From NCBI RefSeq assembly GCF_018350175.1, contig NC_058368.1, positions 224,690,001-224,754,000 on the forward strand: a DNA stretch of 64,000 bases, in the 5' to 3' direction. Below are positions 14,157 to 26,660 of this stretch, one piece after another (positions within the stretch are counted from its first letter, which is position 1; the number at the start of each line of letters is the position of its first letter). Below the pieces are notes generated by a model, which worked only from the letters and a program-made list of their open reading frames with translations, made no database searches and was not told the DNA's origin. Source of the DNA: Felis catus (lineage: Eukaryota). A program made the translations under genes and the position numbers.

Positions 14157-14376
14157 AAAAAATTTTTTAAATGTTGATGCATTTTTGAGAGAGAGAAAGA
14201 GACAGAGCATGAGCAGGGAATGGGCAGAGAGACAAGGAGGAGACACAGAATACAAAGCAGGCTCCAGGCTCTGAGCTGTCAGCACAGAGATCAATGTGGG
14301 TTCAAACCTAAGAAACATGAGATCATGACCTGGGCCAAAGTCAGACGCTTAACCAGTTAGGCCGCCCAAGCACTCC
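14157..14376 (-). mobile_element. Can-SINE
   Basis: GAGACACAGAAT...GCAGGCTCCAGGCTCTGAGCTGTCAGCACAGAG body; degenerate TSD TAAT(T/C)TTGTA. Confidence 0.92.
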
Positions 14377-14651
14377 TAATCTTGTATTTTTAACTTAGAA
14401 TACTAATCCAAATTATGTTATTAAAAATTTCAATTTCCCTTTTCATTATGGAACTTCTTTTTAAGCATTTTTTAACAAGGGATAAAATTCCAATATATAT
14501 CAAATACAAATTGTGTTGAAAACTCTCCAGATACCCTAATAATTTTATTCTCACCTATCACATTCCTATATAGTGAATTCACATGCATATATGTTGATTT
14601 AATCTATAATAAATTCTCATGCCCTACTTTTGCATTTCTATGTCAACATAG

Positions 14652-14656
<5 letters not shown>

Positions 14657-14697
<41 letters not shown>
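14657..14697. repeat. (TA)n microsatellite
   Basis: Pure TA run. Confidence 0.97.
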
Positions 14698-14700
<3 letters not shown>

Positions 14701-15964
14701 TTGGGTTTATTTCCCCATGTGTCAGACAGACATATGGAAAATGTTTGATGCACTTAACCTCTATGGAATTTTTAATCAGATGTCAAATCATTGAGAAAAA
14801 TGTGAACTTTTATCTGTGTTTGTATTTATGGCTTGAATTTTTTTGTGTACAAAAAAATTACTCCGTTTAAGTCAAATGGTGGTGGAAGGATCATTATTGA
14901 TAATCAGCATCATTAACTCTAAACTCATCTCAATGCCATACCTCCTATGCTAAATATATAGAATAATATATTAATGTCCTTACAGAATACACTGATTAGA
15001 GCTGAATTGTGTTTACTCATTTGAATAACGTGTGATAACTATTCTTACTTTCATTCACACATTCACTTAACAAACAATTTTTTCAAAGATTATTGTGAGT
15101 CAGACATTGTGTTGGGGTAGGAGAGGGTAATTACCTAATCACTTGTATTCACTGCATTATCATAAAAGCTAAAGTAAGATATACCAAATACAGTAGATCT
15201 TCAAAGACGGGAGTTTAATTATTCCCTCTAGAGATTTGGACATTCATCTTGGAGGGCAATTAATCAGTCAAAAAATATAAAATGTATAATATTTCAATAG
15301 AAATAAAGATTATTGGATTATTAGTTCCTAGAATTAGAAACAACACCTACTTCTATCTACCTAGTGACAATATAATTATGTAAGTGTTGAGTAGGCTCAC
15401 TTTATGATTAAGGAAGCCTCAAGTAATAGATAAAAGTGAAAACAATTCTGATCATAGATCAGAGAGACACATTTCTCATTTATTGCCACCACGGGAAGAC
15501 TGTTCAGGCTGTTCTGAGGTGTCTAGAGGTACAACTTTATAAAACGTCTAATCTCGGATTGCCCGCCAAATATCCACGTGCTCTCATAACGTCCTCCACT
15601 TCTTCAAATCCTTTATTAGAATTATATCTGAAGTCTGCGCTAATGAACTCACTCTTTGATAGGCAATGGAAATCTTTTAAGTGCCCTTCGATCTCGGAAG
15701 TGACTGGTAATTAAATATAGTACCTAGGGAATGTTACTCAGAGAGAGACTCAAAGAACAGAATTAAAGAGAAGGAGCACAGTCGACCGGGTATTTCTGTG
15801 TTACAGATGCTAGGTAATAAGAAAGCCTCTTATGGCAGTAGAAGCCAAATCAGAAAGGATAAAATACCTCAAGTTTGAAATCTGGATTACTTATAAAAAG
15901 ATAGTCATATTTTAAATTAGGTAAACTTAACAGGAAGGCTGTATTTGACTCTTGCTTTCTTCTC

Positions 15965-16303
15965 GTTTATTTTATTTGTTAATTTTTATTTATTTTTAAT
16001 TTTATTTATTTATTTTTATATTTATTTTATATATTTTAATATTTATTTTTTAATAATTTCAATATTTTAATTTAATTAAAATTAATTTATTTTAATATTT
16101 TTAAATATTTATTTATTTTTGAGAGAAAAAGAGAGAGCATGAGCATGGGAGGGACAGAGAGAGAGGGAGACACAGAATCTGAAGCAGGCTCCAGGCTCTG
16201 AGCTGTCAGCACAGAACCGAATGTGGGGCTCAAACTACAAACTTCAAGATCATGGCCTGAGCCAAAGTTGGATGCTAAACTTACCGAGCCACCCAGGTAC
16301 TCC
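15965..16303 (-). mobile_element. Can-SINE with an expanded (~150 bp) AT-rich tail
   Basis: SINE body 16121-16303; low-complexity TTTA/ATATTTT tail 15965-16120. Confidence 0.9.
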
Positions 16304-16691
16304 TTTTTTCTCTTATTTTTAAGAAAAGAAAAAAAATGGGTTCAAGGATGGATACGAAATAACAAAAAGAATAGCCAAGTAATTTTCATTATGAGTGTTA
16401 ATATTTTCAACTACTTATTATGTTCTGGGCCCTACTCTAGTGCTCCCTGGCTGCTTACCACAAACCCGTTTTCGGATGAGGAAAGTGGAACCCAAAGAAA
16501 TAATGTGTCCAATGTTAGTTAGTTCATCAGGGTAGAACCCGGACTCGAACCTAGACATTCTGGCTATAAGAGACTGTGTTATTATCCAATTTGCCATCCA
16601 CAAATAAATGTTTCAAGTAGAGCTTACAGAAATGGACAGAATTGATACATAGACTTTGGATAGAAATCATAGTTGCATAAGAGAATACAGA

Positions 16692-16852
16692 ACAGTCATT
16701 CTCAACAGTGGCCAACTGTACAGCTTTACAACCAGATTCACTGGTCCAAATCGTGAGGATCCTCAATCAGTAGGTTTTGAGAAGAAACTGGCATTTCCAT
16801 TTAAAAGAAGATCCATAAGCGATTCTGATTCACAGGCAGGGTGAGGATCACT
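16692..16852. mobile_element. MER5-like hAT-Charlie MITE relic
   Basis: CAGTCATTCTCAAC start, CAATCAGTAGGT internal motif, GATTCTGATTCACAG...GAGGATCACT end. Confidence 0.5.
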
Positions 16853-18192
16853 AATATAGGAAGGGAAATTTAGAAGGCAGAAATGCAAGCCTTGAAAAAC
16901 ATCTATATGCATTAGGAACACCGAGTTGTGTTATTAATTCTGTACATCACCCCCACATCCAAATTTATCAGTGAATAACCAGATGTAAGCTATCCCCATG
17001 ATTATACGTTTCTAAATGTTGAAACGGGATTTGAATCAAACTCTGACAATGTCTATATGTTTCCCACTAAACTGGCGTTTCTTTGAAGTTGTGTTTTCAG
17101 AGCCTTAGGGTTCCAAAAATTTGTCTTGGAGCCACCTTGGTGGAGTGAAGTGGAGTAGGTTAAAAGGACGCAGAGGAAGGGAAACTTGGAGGTCTACATT
17201 CACTACCTTCTCATATTCCAGCCACAGCATCTCCGCCATTACATAGTGGGATTCCGTCTAATATTTATTGTAAAAGGGAGTCCAGTGACTAAGGGTTTGT
17301 AGGTTTCTGAACTAAGCCAAGAAGCTGAAACAGGAATGTGACGCCAGCAGATAGGGATGTTCAGAAGATATCAGCATTATAGACGTACAGGAAGGCTCTG
17401 ATTTTAGTCAACTTATGTAGATGCTGAAAATTTTAAAATTCACAAATCCTATCAACTGTAAGAATACTTGAGGAATTGAATAGATTATCCCTAATGAAAC
17501 AATGATACTGATACTGTTTCTGTTTATCAGAGAAATAACGTTTCTCACCTAATGGACAACCTCCCTCTGTTTCTCATTACAAAGATTCTCACTCTTTCTC
17601 CCCCATCATCCCGAGTCAAAATCTTTTTCCCCAAAGAAGGGGAAATCCAATTGACCATACCATCCATGCAGTTAATATAATGATTTCCATTATTCTCTTT
17701 TACTGGGCAAAATAAAACACCAACAACCTACTTGTAGCTGGTAAATGGTCAGAACAATACACCAGTAGATATCTTAATACTTGGCCAAATTTTTTTTCCC
17801 ATGTGAACCGTATTATACTTTTTAAGTGAAGTTTAAGTCTAATTAAATGCTAGCGTTGCTGAATATATACATCACAAAATAAATGGAGTAAAATTAACAA
17901 AATAGCCAGTTTAGAACATTAGTGGTACACAGAAGTGTTAAGGTTGCTACTTTACCAAGAACTGTCTTTTATTTTGAAGAACTTGAACATAAGCACAAAG
18001 CCACAAACAAAAGAGTAAAAATGAGAATAATAAATTATGGAAATCAAGACTAATTGTGCTTCCAGGCGGTTGATAGATATTTTTTTAAGGGGAGAGAAGA
18101 TCTGGTTTTTCGTTTGTGCAATGCTGAGATGAATTGCCCATGACCTTATGTAAACCGAAAGCTTGTACTGACCTGTTGAAATGGGAAAGCTC

Positions 18193-18206
18193 GTAACCAT
18201 GGCAAC
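18193..18206. promoter_or_regulatory. RFX X-box-like motif
   Basis: GTAACCATGGCAAC fits the RFX consensus GTNRCC-AT-RGYAAC and lies in repeat-free sequence; function untested. Confidence 0.4.
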
Positions 18207-19131
18207 GGAGGACAAGTAAAATAGGTTTTTGCTGCAGTTATAAATAAGGTAGAGAGACCAGTGGACTTTTCCTCCCTCATTCTGTGATAAAGGCAACACA
18301 GATATTTTTTTTTCAAAACACCATTTTTCTGTCTGCATTTTTTTTTTCAGACATAAAATACATGTCGTACTTTGAATGAAAATCTCTGGGGAAGCAGACT
18401 GTGATCTACAAGGTGGGGAAGAAGGGAGGCTGGAAGGTGGGGATTGGGGAATGAAGAAGGGAGAAAGACCTAGAAAATCTAAGACAATGCCACTGATTAA
18501 AGAGTCCATTCTTTTTTAGGTGTATTCCATACATTGCATTTTTGCATGGTACATATTAGAATGCCTAACCTATGTGAGCCGAGGTGAAGGAGAAACAATG
18601 ACCAAGCTATTTCAAGTTAATATGCTGTATCACTCTTTTGTCTATAATAAAAAAGATATTAAGTATATTTTATTTGTACCTATATCCATTCTTACTGTGC
18701 TCTAAAATCTATGATAAGTGAATAATTGTATATAAGGCTTTGACACCTATGCAGGCTTGGTGGTCATCATGGCTAATTCTGTTAATTCTTTTAAGTCAGA
18801 ATTTTCGTCAAATTACTTTCAAAAATTTCACCCAACACTTGGTGGCACTACCACTGCATGAGGCAGACGCCTGCAAACAGCTCCCAAATCTGTTTTGTGG
18901 CTTTTGAAAACACCTTGTATGGCTTCCTACAGGTTGCACTTCAGCTATAATGCTTTGAATATGCAATCCGACGTATCAGTGAGTCCTCTGTCCCTCTCAT
19001 AACAGTACTGCTGTGGCAGCTGGGAAAAACCTTTGTTAGAATCACTAATTTTTTATCACAGGAGGTTTACAAGGATGAGAAATGGAAGAAAGGCACTTTT
19101 ATAGAACAAAAATGGGGTTGGTCCCCTAGAG

Positions 19132-19356
19132 TCTACACCATCTAATGGAAACATCTGACATGATGGAAATGTCCTATGGAACACACGGATGATGGAAGTC
19201 CATCGTCGAACAGGTAGCTGCTAACCACGTATGGCTATTGAAAACCAGAATAGTACCTAGTGTCATGGATAAACTGATTATTTTATTTTCATTAAGTTCA
19301 ACTTAAATTACACTAATCACAAGTGGCCAGAAGCTACCATGTTGGGCCACACATGG
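19132..19356. mobile_element. MER3-like hAT-Charlie MITE
   Basis: TGATGGAAATGTCCTAT...GGTAGCTGCTAACCACGTATGGCTATTGA...CACAAGTGGCCAGAAGCTACCATGTTGG palindromic organisation. Confidence 0.7.
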
Positions 19357-21011
19357 AGCTCGTTATGCGAGAAGCTAACCTGTTGGCTCAAGAAAGTTGA
19401 CCCAAGAATAAGGGCAGAAGAACATGCAATTTTGGTAAGAAAAGTGATGACACCATTCACCTTTCAGACAAAGGGTGGGGGTGGGGGATAAGACAAAATT
19501 AACTAAACCAGTCTCAGATATGAGAAAATCAGCCCATTACCCTTTCATTTCTCATCTAAGAAGAGGGAGTCTTTGCTTTGCAGTCACATATGAACTGATC
19601 AGGTTTCCCTTCTAGAAACTTCTACTTTTCAATGTTTTTTCTGTCTTCACCTTTCAAAAATGCTTGTTGTTGATTTTACCTGTGTAATAGTTAAAGGAGA
19701 AAAAAAAACACATCACAGTGGCAGGCACTTTGAATTGCGCAAGCCTAAGGATGATCCCATGGAGGTCCCCATCACTCAGCCCCATCCCCAGTGACCTAGA
19801 CTAAAGGACAGAATGAAACTTTCCAAATTAGCCCTTTCTTATCCCACTGAATGCTAAGCACTTTGAAAAGATGAATGTCCCACAGTGAGTCGTTACAGGC
19901 AGAGGGATGATTTAGAGATGCAATTTGTCCCCGGAAAAAAAGGGTGTATTTTGAAGGAGAATGACAATGGCAATGCTCATGGTACTGCCCTAGTATTCTC
20001 TGTACTGGACCGCCTTCATTCTAGCATTGAACTTCCTTTACCTGCTTATGGGGCATTTTCAAGTTTCATGAAATTGGATTCTGTCTTCCTTATTAGAAGT
20101 TGAGCTCTCAGAGGAAACATGCTGTTTTTGTTTGTTTGTTTTCATTTTCTTGCCACCTCTGGCCCCTAACCCTATACCTCGATGGTGACTCCTTTTCTAT
20201 TAGCAGAGAAGATGAAGGTATTAAGAGAACAGAGGTGTCACAAGTGGGAATCCCTCTATTGTAAAAGCAATGTGCCGATTACAACCTCCTCGTAGTGACA
20301 TTGCAATTACTCTACTGACAGTTATGGATGTGGGAAGGTTGCTGCCAGAATCCTGTAAGAAATCCATTCTGGGCTCTGAATTTGAGCAACTGTATTGCTC
20401 TGATAAGGAATACTGTCGCATATCAAGAGTGACTCTACAGGTAACTGGTTATTAAAAAAAATATTCTGCAGCTATATTACTGGCATGTATATAAAAACAT
20501 CTTTCTGAAAAGCTATTATGTTTTTCACTCATCTGTTTCCTGTTGCCTTCAGCTGGTCAAAATCTGTACTCTATTCCTACGGACCACATGCCAAGACTAC
20601 TCCCCCACTTTGATCACATAAAAATTTTCCTTTTTCTCTTCCACTTCCCTATAAATAATAACCCTGTTTATAATCCACTTCTGGTTCAAAATAAGTACAG
20701 AACGCACTAGACGATTACTTTACATTTTGACAATTATTTCTCACATTTTCACTAATACGTTCATTGATCATGTTCTGTCTTTATCATTTCCCCAACCATC
20801 TATCTCTAAGAATCACTGAATTTTAGAACTTACATGGACTTAGAGGCTGTTGTTTAAGGACTTTTTAACTTAGCATCAATTAACCTGAAAGTTAAAGAAA
20901 AATTTTTGTCTGAGAGTATTTACCGACTAGGACCTATTCTACCTGAATAGAGAGAATTGGTATAAAAAAATCATTAACTGAGTATAAAGAGTAAAAAGAA
21001 AGTGCTAAGGT

Positions 21012-21720
21012 ATGTATCATGGAGGTTGCCACTCTAAGAAACAACCACAAGCATTTGTGCTCAGAAAACAAGGGAACATGACAAAAGCTCAGAAACATAA
21101 AGAAGGAGCCCCTGGGAGCTGAAACTCTGAGTTCTCTCTTGTGGGGGGTGGAAGGGAGGCAAGATGAGGGTCATTCTGCAAATGTTGGCAAAATTGTTGA
21201 CTGGATTCAACTGCTGCTACAGAAGTAATTGCTGCCACCAGGGTGAGGAAATGTAGCCGTGAACCTTGCAAGAACTATAAGCAGACAAGAAGCCTACATG
21301 AGGCAGACGGGGAGGATCAAGTTTATTCCTCCTCCGGGGTGCCTAATGGCTCAGTTGGTTAAGCGTCTGACTTCAGTTCAGGTCATGATCTTAACAGTTT
21401 GTGAGCTCAAGCCTTGCATCGGGCTCTGAGCTGTCAGCACAGCTGGAGTCTGCTTCAGGTTATGTCTCTCCCTCCCTCTCCCTCCCTCCCCAGCTTGTGC
21501 TCTCTCTCTCTCAAAAGTAAATAAATAAACATAATTTTTTTAATTCAAAAAAATTTTTAAAAAAGGTTTCTTCCTCCTCCAGCCATATAGTCTCCCTCTG
21601 ATACCTTTTATCTGCAGACCCAAAGAGAAATGGCAGAACAGAGTTCCAGCTCCACAATCGAAAAGTGGGGTGCAGAGGGTGGGCTTGAAGCTGAGAAACA
21701 AAAGCTTAGTGATTGCTACA
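21012..21720 (-). mobile_element. ERVL-class solo LTR (LTR33/LTR41-like), interrupted by a SINE
   Basis: GAGGGTGGGCTTGAAGCTGAGAAACAAAAGCTTAGTGATTGCTACA resembles the reverse complement of the LTR33-like 5' start; left boundary approximate. Confidence 0.6.
21336..21564 (+). mobile_element. Can-SINE
   Basis: GGGGTGCC head, CT tract and tail; TSD GTTT(A/C)TTCCTCCTCC on both sides. Confidence 0.92.
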
Positions 21721-21734
21721 GAGAAAGACAGAAA

Positions 21735-21812
21735 GATGGATGGATATTTAGATAGGTAGATAGATAGATAGATAGATAGATGTATAAGTATATAGATAAG
21801 AGAGAGAGAGAA
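21735..21812. repeat. (GATA)n-rich compound microsatellite
   Basis: GATG, GATA and GA repeats. Confidence 0.85.
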
Positions 21813-22091
21813 CCCAAATTTTTATTAGCTTCCCAAAAGAACATATGACCCACAAATGATTAAGACTCATTGAGTAGTCAGAGAAGACAAAAGGCATCAT
21901 GATAGCAAGTTGGGTATCCTTTTGTCCTCTCTGCTATTTCACACTTTCTCCATTCTTTGGTTAGTTACACTCTCTCTAACAAGAAGGCATATTAATGCAA
22001 ATTTGAAAATATCATTAGTGCTCAAAGCACAGTCAGTATTGGGATGCCAGATGAAACCAGAAAACAAGACAAAATAAAAGCAAACAAACCA

Positions 22092-22285
22092 GGGTTCCTG
22101 GGTGGCTCAGTCAGTTGAGTGTCCGACCCTTGATTTCAGCTCAGGTCATGATCCCAGGGTCATGGGATGAAGTCCTCTGCATTGGGCTCCATGCTGAGCA
22201 TGGCTCTTGCTTAAGATTCTCTCTCTCTCTCTCTCTCCCCCTCTCCCCAACTTGTGTGCTTTCTCTCTTTAAAATAAAAAGAAAA
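22092..22285 (+). mobile_element. Can-SINE
   Basis: GGGTTCCTGGGTGGCTCAG head, CT tract, short A tail running into L1 sequence. Confidence 0.9.
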
Positions 22286-22721
22286 AAGAAGATGTGGGAT
22301 ATACATACAATGGAATATTACTCAGTCATAAAAAAGAATGAAATCTTGACATTTGCAATTATGTGGATCGAGCTAGAGAGTATTATGCTAAGTGAAATTA
22401 GTCAGTCCAAGAAAGGTAAATACCTTATGGTTTCACTTATGTGGAATTTAAGAAAACAAATGAGCAAAGGGGGAAAAAAGAGAGATGTAAACCAGAAAAC
22501 AGGCTCTTAACTATAGAGAACAAACTGAGGGATGCTGGAGGGGAGGTGGGCGGGGGATGGGCTAGATGGGTGATGGGTATTAAGCAGGGCACTTGTTGGA
22601 ATGAGTACTGGGTGTTATATGTAAGTGATGAACCACTAAATTCTACACCTGAACCTAATATTACACTGTAGGTCAACTAATTGGAATTTAAATAGAAACT
22701 TGAAACTAAAAAAAAAAAAAA
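22286..22721 (+). mobile_element. 5'-truncated carnivore L1 (ORF2 C-terminus, 3' UTR and poly-A)
   Basis: Translates KMWDIHTMEYYSVIKKNEILTFAIMWIELESIMLSEISQ, the L1 ORF2 C-terminus; poly-A at 22708-22721. Confidence 0.93.
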
Positions 22722-25483
22722 TAGTAATATTTTGGGTTTTTTCTAACTGATAAAGCTTGAAGCAGTCCTTTGGAATGCTTGCCGTTATTCATGCATACAC
22801 AGCTCCTTGGCTATGTTGCAAACTCAGAGGTAGGTCAGAGGAAGAAAAAAAGGGGGGATAAAGTTAAGAAAAGAGTCAAGGTTAGGAGTATTCAACTGTT
22901 TGCATCATGTAGAACAATACATCATAATAATGTCTTAGATTGTGTGGCAACCTTGAATTTGATATCCAAGTTGTTCAATAAATTATATGTAGTCAATTTG
23001 TACTTGACATTCAAATGGGACCAACAGGATATTGTGGAGTGTGAAACAGACCTTTCTAGAAATATAGATGCTCAGAGTAAGTTGGCAGTGTTATTTTGGA
23101 ACGATCCCATAATTTCAGGAATTAGGCAGATATGCAGAGAGTTCTGGGAATAAGGTTGTCATTGAGGAGAAAGCTGACATGACCTAGAAAGTCTATTTGT
23201 ACTCGAGCAAAAGGATTCCTCATCATAACAGATCTCTAGTCCCAAGGCACGAACTGTAGAAAGAAGAGAAAACACAAGCAGAGGTGCTGTCCCATAGGCC
23301 AAAGTAATTCAGGTAGGATTAAAGCAAAAGACTTCAGTCTGTCCTGTACTGAGCTGCCCAGGGCACTGGATGGATATTGAAAGGGTTCTAATGCACTATT
23401 GGGCTTTGTTCACCAATTAGACTGAGCCTTCAGGTGACATTCAACAGAACTGGGAGACAAAAGGACTAATGATCACAACCCCAGATCCTTGGAGAGTAAT
23501 GGCTAGACTGATGGAGGAAAGGAGCCTCTCACTGACGGAATTGAGAAATGAAGCACCCTAGTGATTAGAATTACAGTATGACTTAGTTCTGCTGAATTAG
23601 CTAATCTTCTCTGAGAACATTTTCCTACTTCACAAGTAGAGTAATTCCACATGGACACCTTTTCATTGATTGTGTCTGAACCTTAAATATTCGTCATATT
23701 ATAGATACCACGCATGTATTTGCTCACCATGGTAATCTCATTTATGAGATTATAAAAAGCCCAGGGCAGGGCATAGGCTCCCTTCAGCTGAGAATCCTCA
23801 TTCCCTGGCACTGAGCCTGGCATGCAGCAGGCATCCATACAGTTGAGTGAATTTGTTGAATTGCAATCTGTTTTTAAAACAGATTGAATTGAATCAAGCA
23901 GGTGAAAATATTCACTTGGTCTCAGTGATTTCTTGTCACTCTTAGATAATACATTCAAGTCGCTAAATGCTATATTTCAAGGTCTGCAAAGACATGAAGA
24001 GTCATCTAGTCCATCATCCTTTGAAATCCTGAATTTAATTTCTTCATCTATATGTATGTGTACAGACACACATTGATATGAAGTAATATATACATGAACA
24101 CACATACATTTTACACATGTTTACATATATATTTACTTATCTTTGTATTCGATTGAGTGATTTCCCCCCTAAGTGTCAATGTTTTGTTCGATTCCTTTAA
24201 CACAGAAGTCTTGTGCTCAAATTCAACTTTAAGAATTAATAAAAAGGCACAAAAGAAAGCATTAGTATTCATTAGCTTTAAGAAAATAGCATGAATACCC
24301 TTTAGAGAAAGAGCAAGGTTAATACAGAATATTTTATTACATTCTCAACCTGGTGCATGATTCATTTGTTATACTCTGTACACATTTGTAAATGCCATTG
24401 ACAACAGTATCACTACAGATCCAAAAAATGGATGAGTGACAGAAAAACATAGTGATAAAAATGGTACTTTAAAATATCCAAAACACTAATAAAAAATAAA
24501 AAATAGAGGTCAACAAAAGTAACAAGTTAGTCATTTATTTAATTTTAATTTTGAAAGATAAAAACTGTAAGTTCAAACTGCAAATTGATGATTCTTTTTG
24601 AAAATGCTATTCTCAGCAATCCACATTATGAGCCATTGCTTGGACAATGAATATTCATTCATTCCAGAAATATTGACTGACCATCTATCACACAACTTGT
24701 TAGGCTCTAGAGACAAAAACAGTAAGGCTAGTGAGGTCCCTGAAGTCATTGAACTTATTTTTACTGGTAAAAGTATACAATAAATGTTAGCTTCAAATTA
24801 ATTGGGCTTCACGTGAATTAAATTCTGAAAACTATAGGCATAATAAACAGGGCGTTTATAATGGACACGTGGTTGTATAACTCTAGGCCCAGGAAGCAGC
24901 ATAGTATCTGAGGTAGGAGAGGGTTTGGGAGTATTTGGAAAACTTGGTTATGTCTGAAGCTTAGAGTGAAATGTGGGAGATACTATGAGGTGAAAGTGGA
25001 GTGAGATCGAAGAGACAGGTGGGCATCAAAATGGGTTTGGATTGTATGCTAATGGAAAATTAATGGAAACTTCTTTTTTCATTTTGTAGAAGTTTATTTA
25101 AATCCCAGTTAGTCAACATACAGTGTAATATTATTTTCAGGTGTACAATTTAGTGATTCATCACTTACATACAATACCCAGGGCTCATCACAAGTGCGCT
25201 CCTTAATCCCCATCACCTATTTCAACCACCCCCCTCACCCAGCTCCTCTCTGGTAACCATCAGTTTGTTCTCCATAGTTAAAGGTCTGTTTCTTGGTTTG
25301 CTCCTCTCTCTCTTTTTCCTCTAATGTTTGTTTGTTTTGTTTCTAATATTCTACATATGAGTGAAATCATATGATATTTGTCTTTCTCTGACTGACTTAT
25401 TTTGCTTAGCATAATACTCTCTGGCTCCATCCACATCATTGCAAATGGCAAGGTTTCATTCTTTTTGATGGCTGACCAATATT

Positions 25484-25523
<40 letters not shown>

Positions 25524-25524
<1 letters not shown>

Positions 25525-25600
25525 CTCCCTTTCCCCACTAATGCTCTGTTTCTCTGTTTCTCAAAAATAAATAAATGTTAAATTTTTTAAATAAATAAAT
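25524..25600 (+). mobile_element. Headless Can-SINE 3' remnant at the L1 inversion junction
   Basis: CCCTTTCCCCACTAATGCTCTGTTTCTCTGTTTCTCAAAAATAAATAAATGTTAAA is a SINE 3' end. Confidence 0.7.
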
Positions 25601-26478
25601 AAGAAAATTATACACCAATATCCCTGATTAACAAGAATGCAAAAATTCTCAATTAAATATTAGCAAACCATATCCAACAATACATTAAAAAAATCATTCA
25701 CCAGGATCAAGTAGGATTTAGTCCTAGATTGCAAGCAGGGCTCAATAGTCACATAATATAAAAGAAAGGATAAGAAGCATATGATCATTTTCAATGGATG
25801 CAGAAAAGCTATTTGATAAAGTGCAACATCAATTTATGATAAAATCCCTCAACAAAGTAGCTTTAGAGGGAACATACCTCAACACAATAAAGGTCATACA
25901 TGAAAATCCCACGGCTAATATTATCTTCAATGGGGAAAAACTGAGAGCTTTTCCTCTACTGTCAAGAACATGACAGGGATGTCTGCTCTCACCATTATTA
26001 TTTAACATAGTACTGGGAGGTTCTAGTCACAGCAATCAGACAGCAAAAAGAAATAAAAGGCATCCAATAAAAGGCAAAGAAGAAGTAAATTTTTCACTAT
26101 TTGTAGATGATATGATACTCTATATAGAAAATACAAAGGACTCCACCAAATATATTGCTAGGACTGATACGTGAATTCAGTAAAGTCACAGGATACAAAA
26201 TCAATATACAGAAATTTGTTCCATCTCTACGCACCCGCAATGAAGCAGGAAAAATAGAAATTAAGGAATCAATCTCATGTATGATTGCATCAAACGCCAT
26301 AAGGTATCTAGGAATAAATCTAACCAACAAGGTTATATACCTATACTCTGAAAACTATAAAACACTAATGAAAGAAATCAAAGGTGACACAAATAAATGG
26401 AAAGAAATTCCATGCTTGTGGATTGGAAGGACAAATGTTATTAAAGTCTCCACACTACCCAGACCAATCTTCACATTT

Positions 26479-26660
26479 GTCTGACTCTTGATTTCAGCTC
26501 AGGTCATGATGTCATGATTCGTGGGTTTGAGCCCTGTGTTGAGCTCTGTGCTGACAGTGTGGAGCCTACTTGGGATTTTCTGTTTCCCTCTCTCTCTGCC
26601 CCTCCCTGGATCGCTCTCTATCTCTCCCTCTCAAAATAAAGAAATAAACATTAAAAAAAA
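26479..26660 (+). mobile_element. 5'-truncated Can-SINE inside L1 ORF2
   Basis: Starts at GTCTGACTCTTGATTTCAGCTCAGG (no GGGGCGCC head); CT tract and tail present. Confidence 0.88.

Noticed and set aside
17952..18509. Longest ORF in the track (185 aa, minus strand)
   Set aside because: Runs through homopolymer-derived K/F stretches and a purine tract; no recognisable domain; consistent with chance in AT-rich DNA
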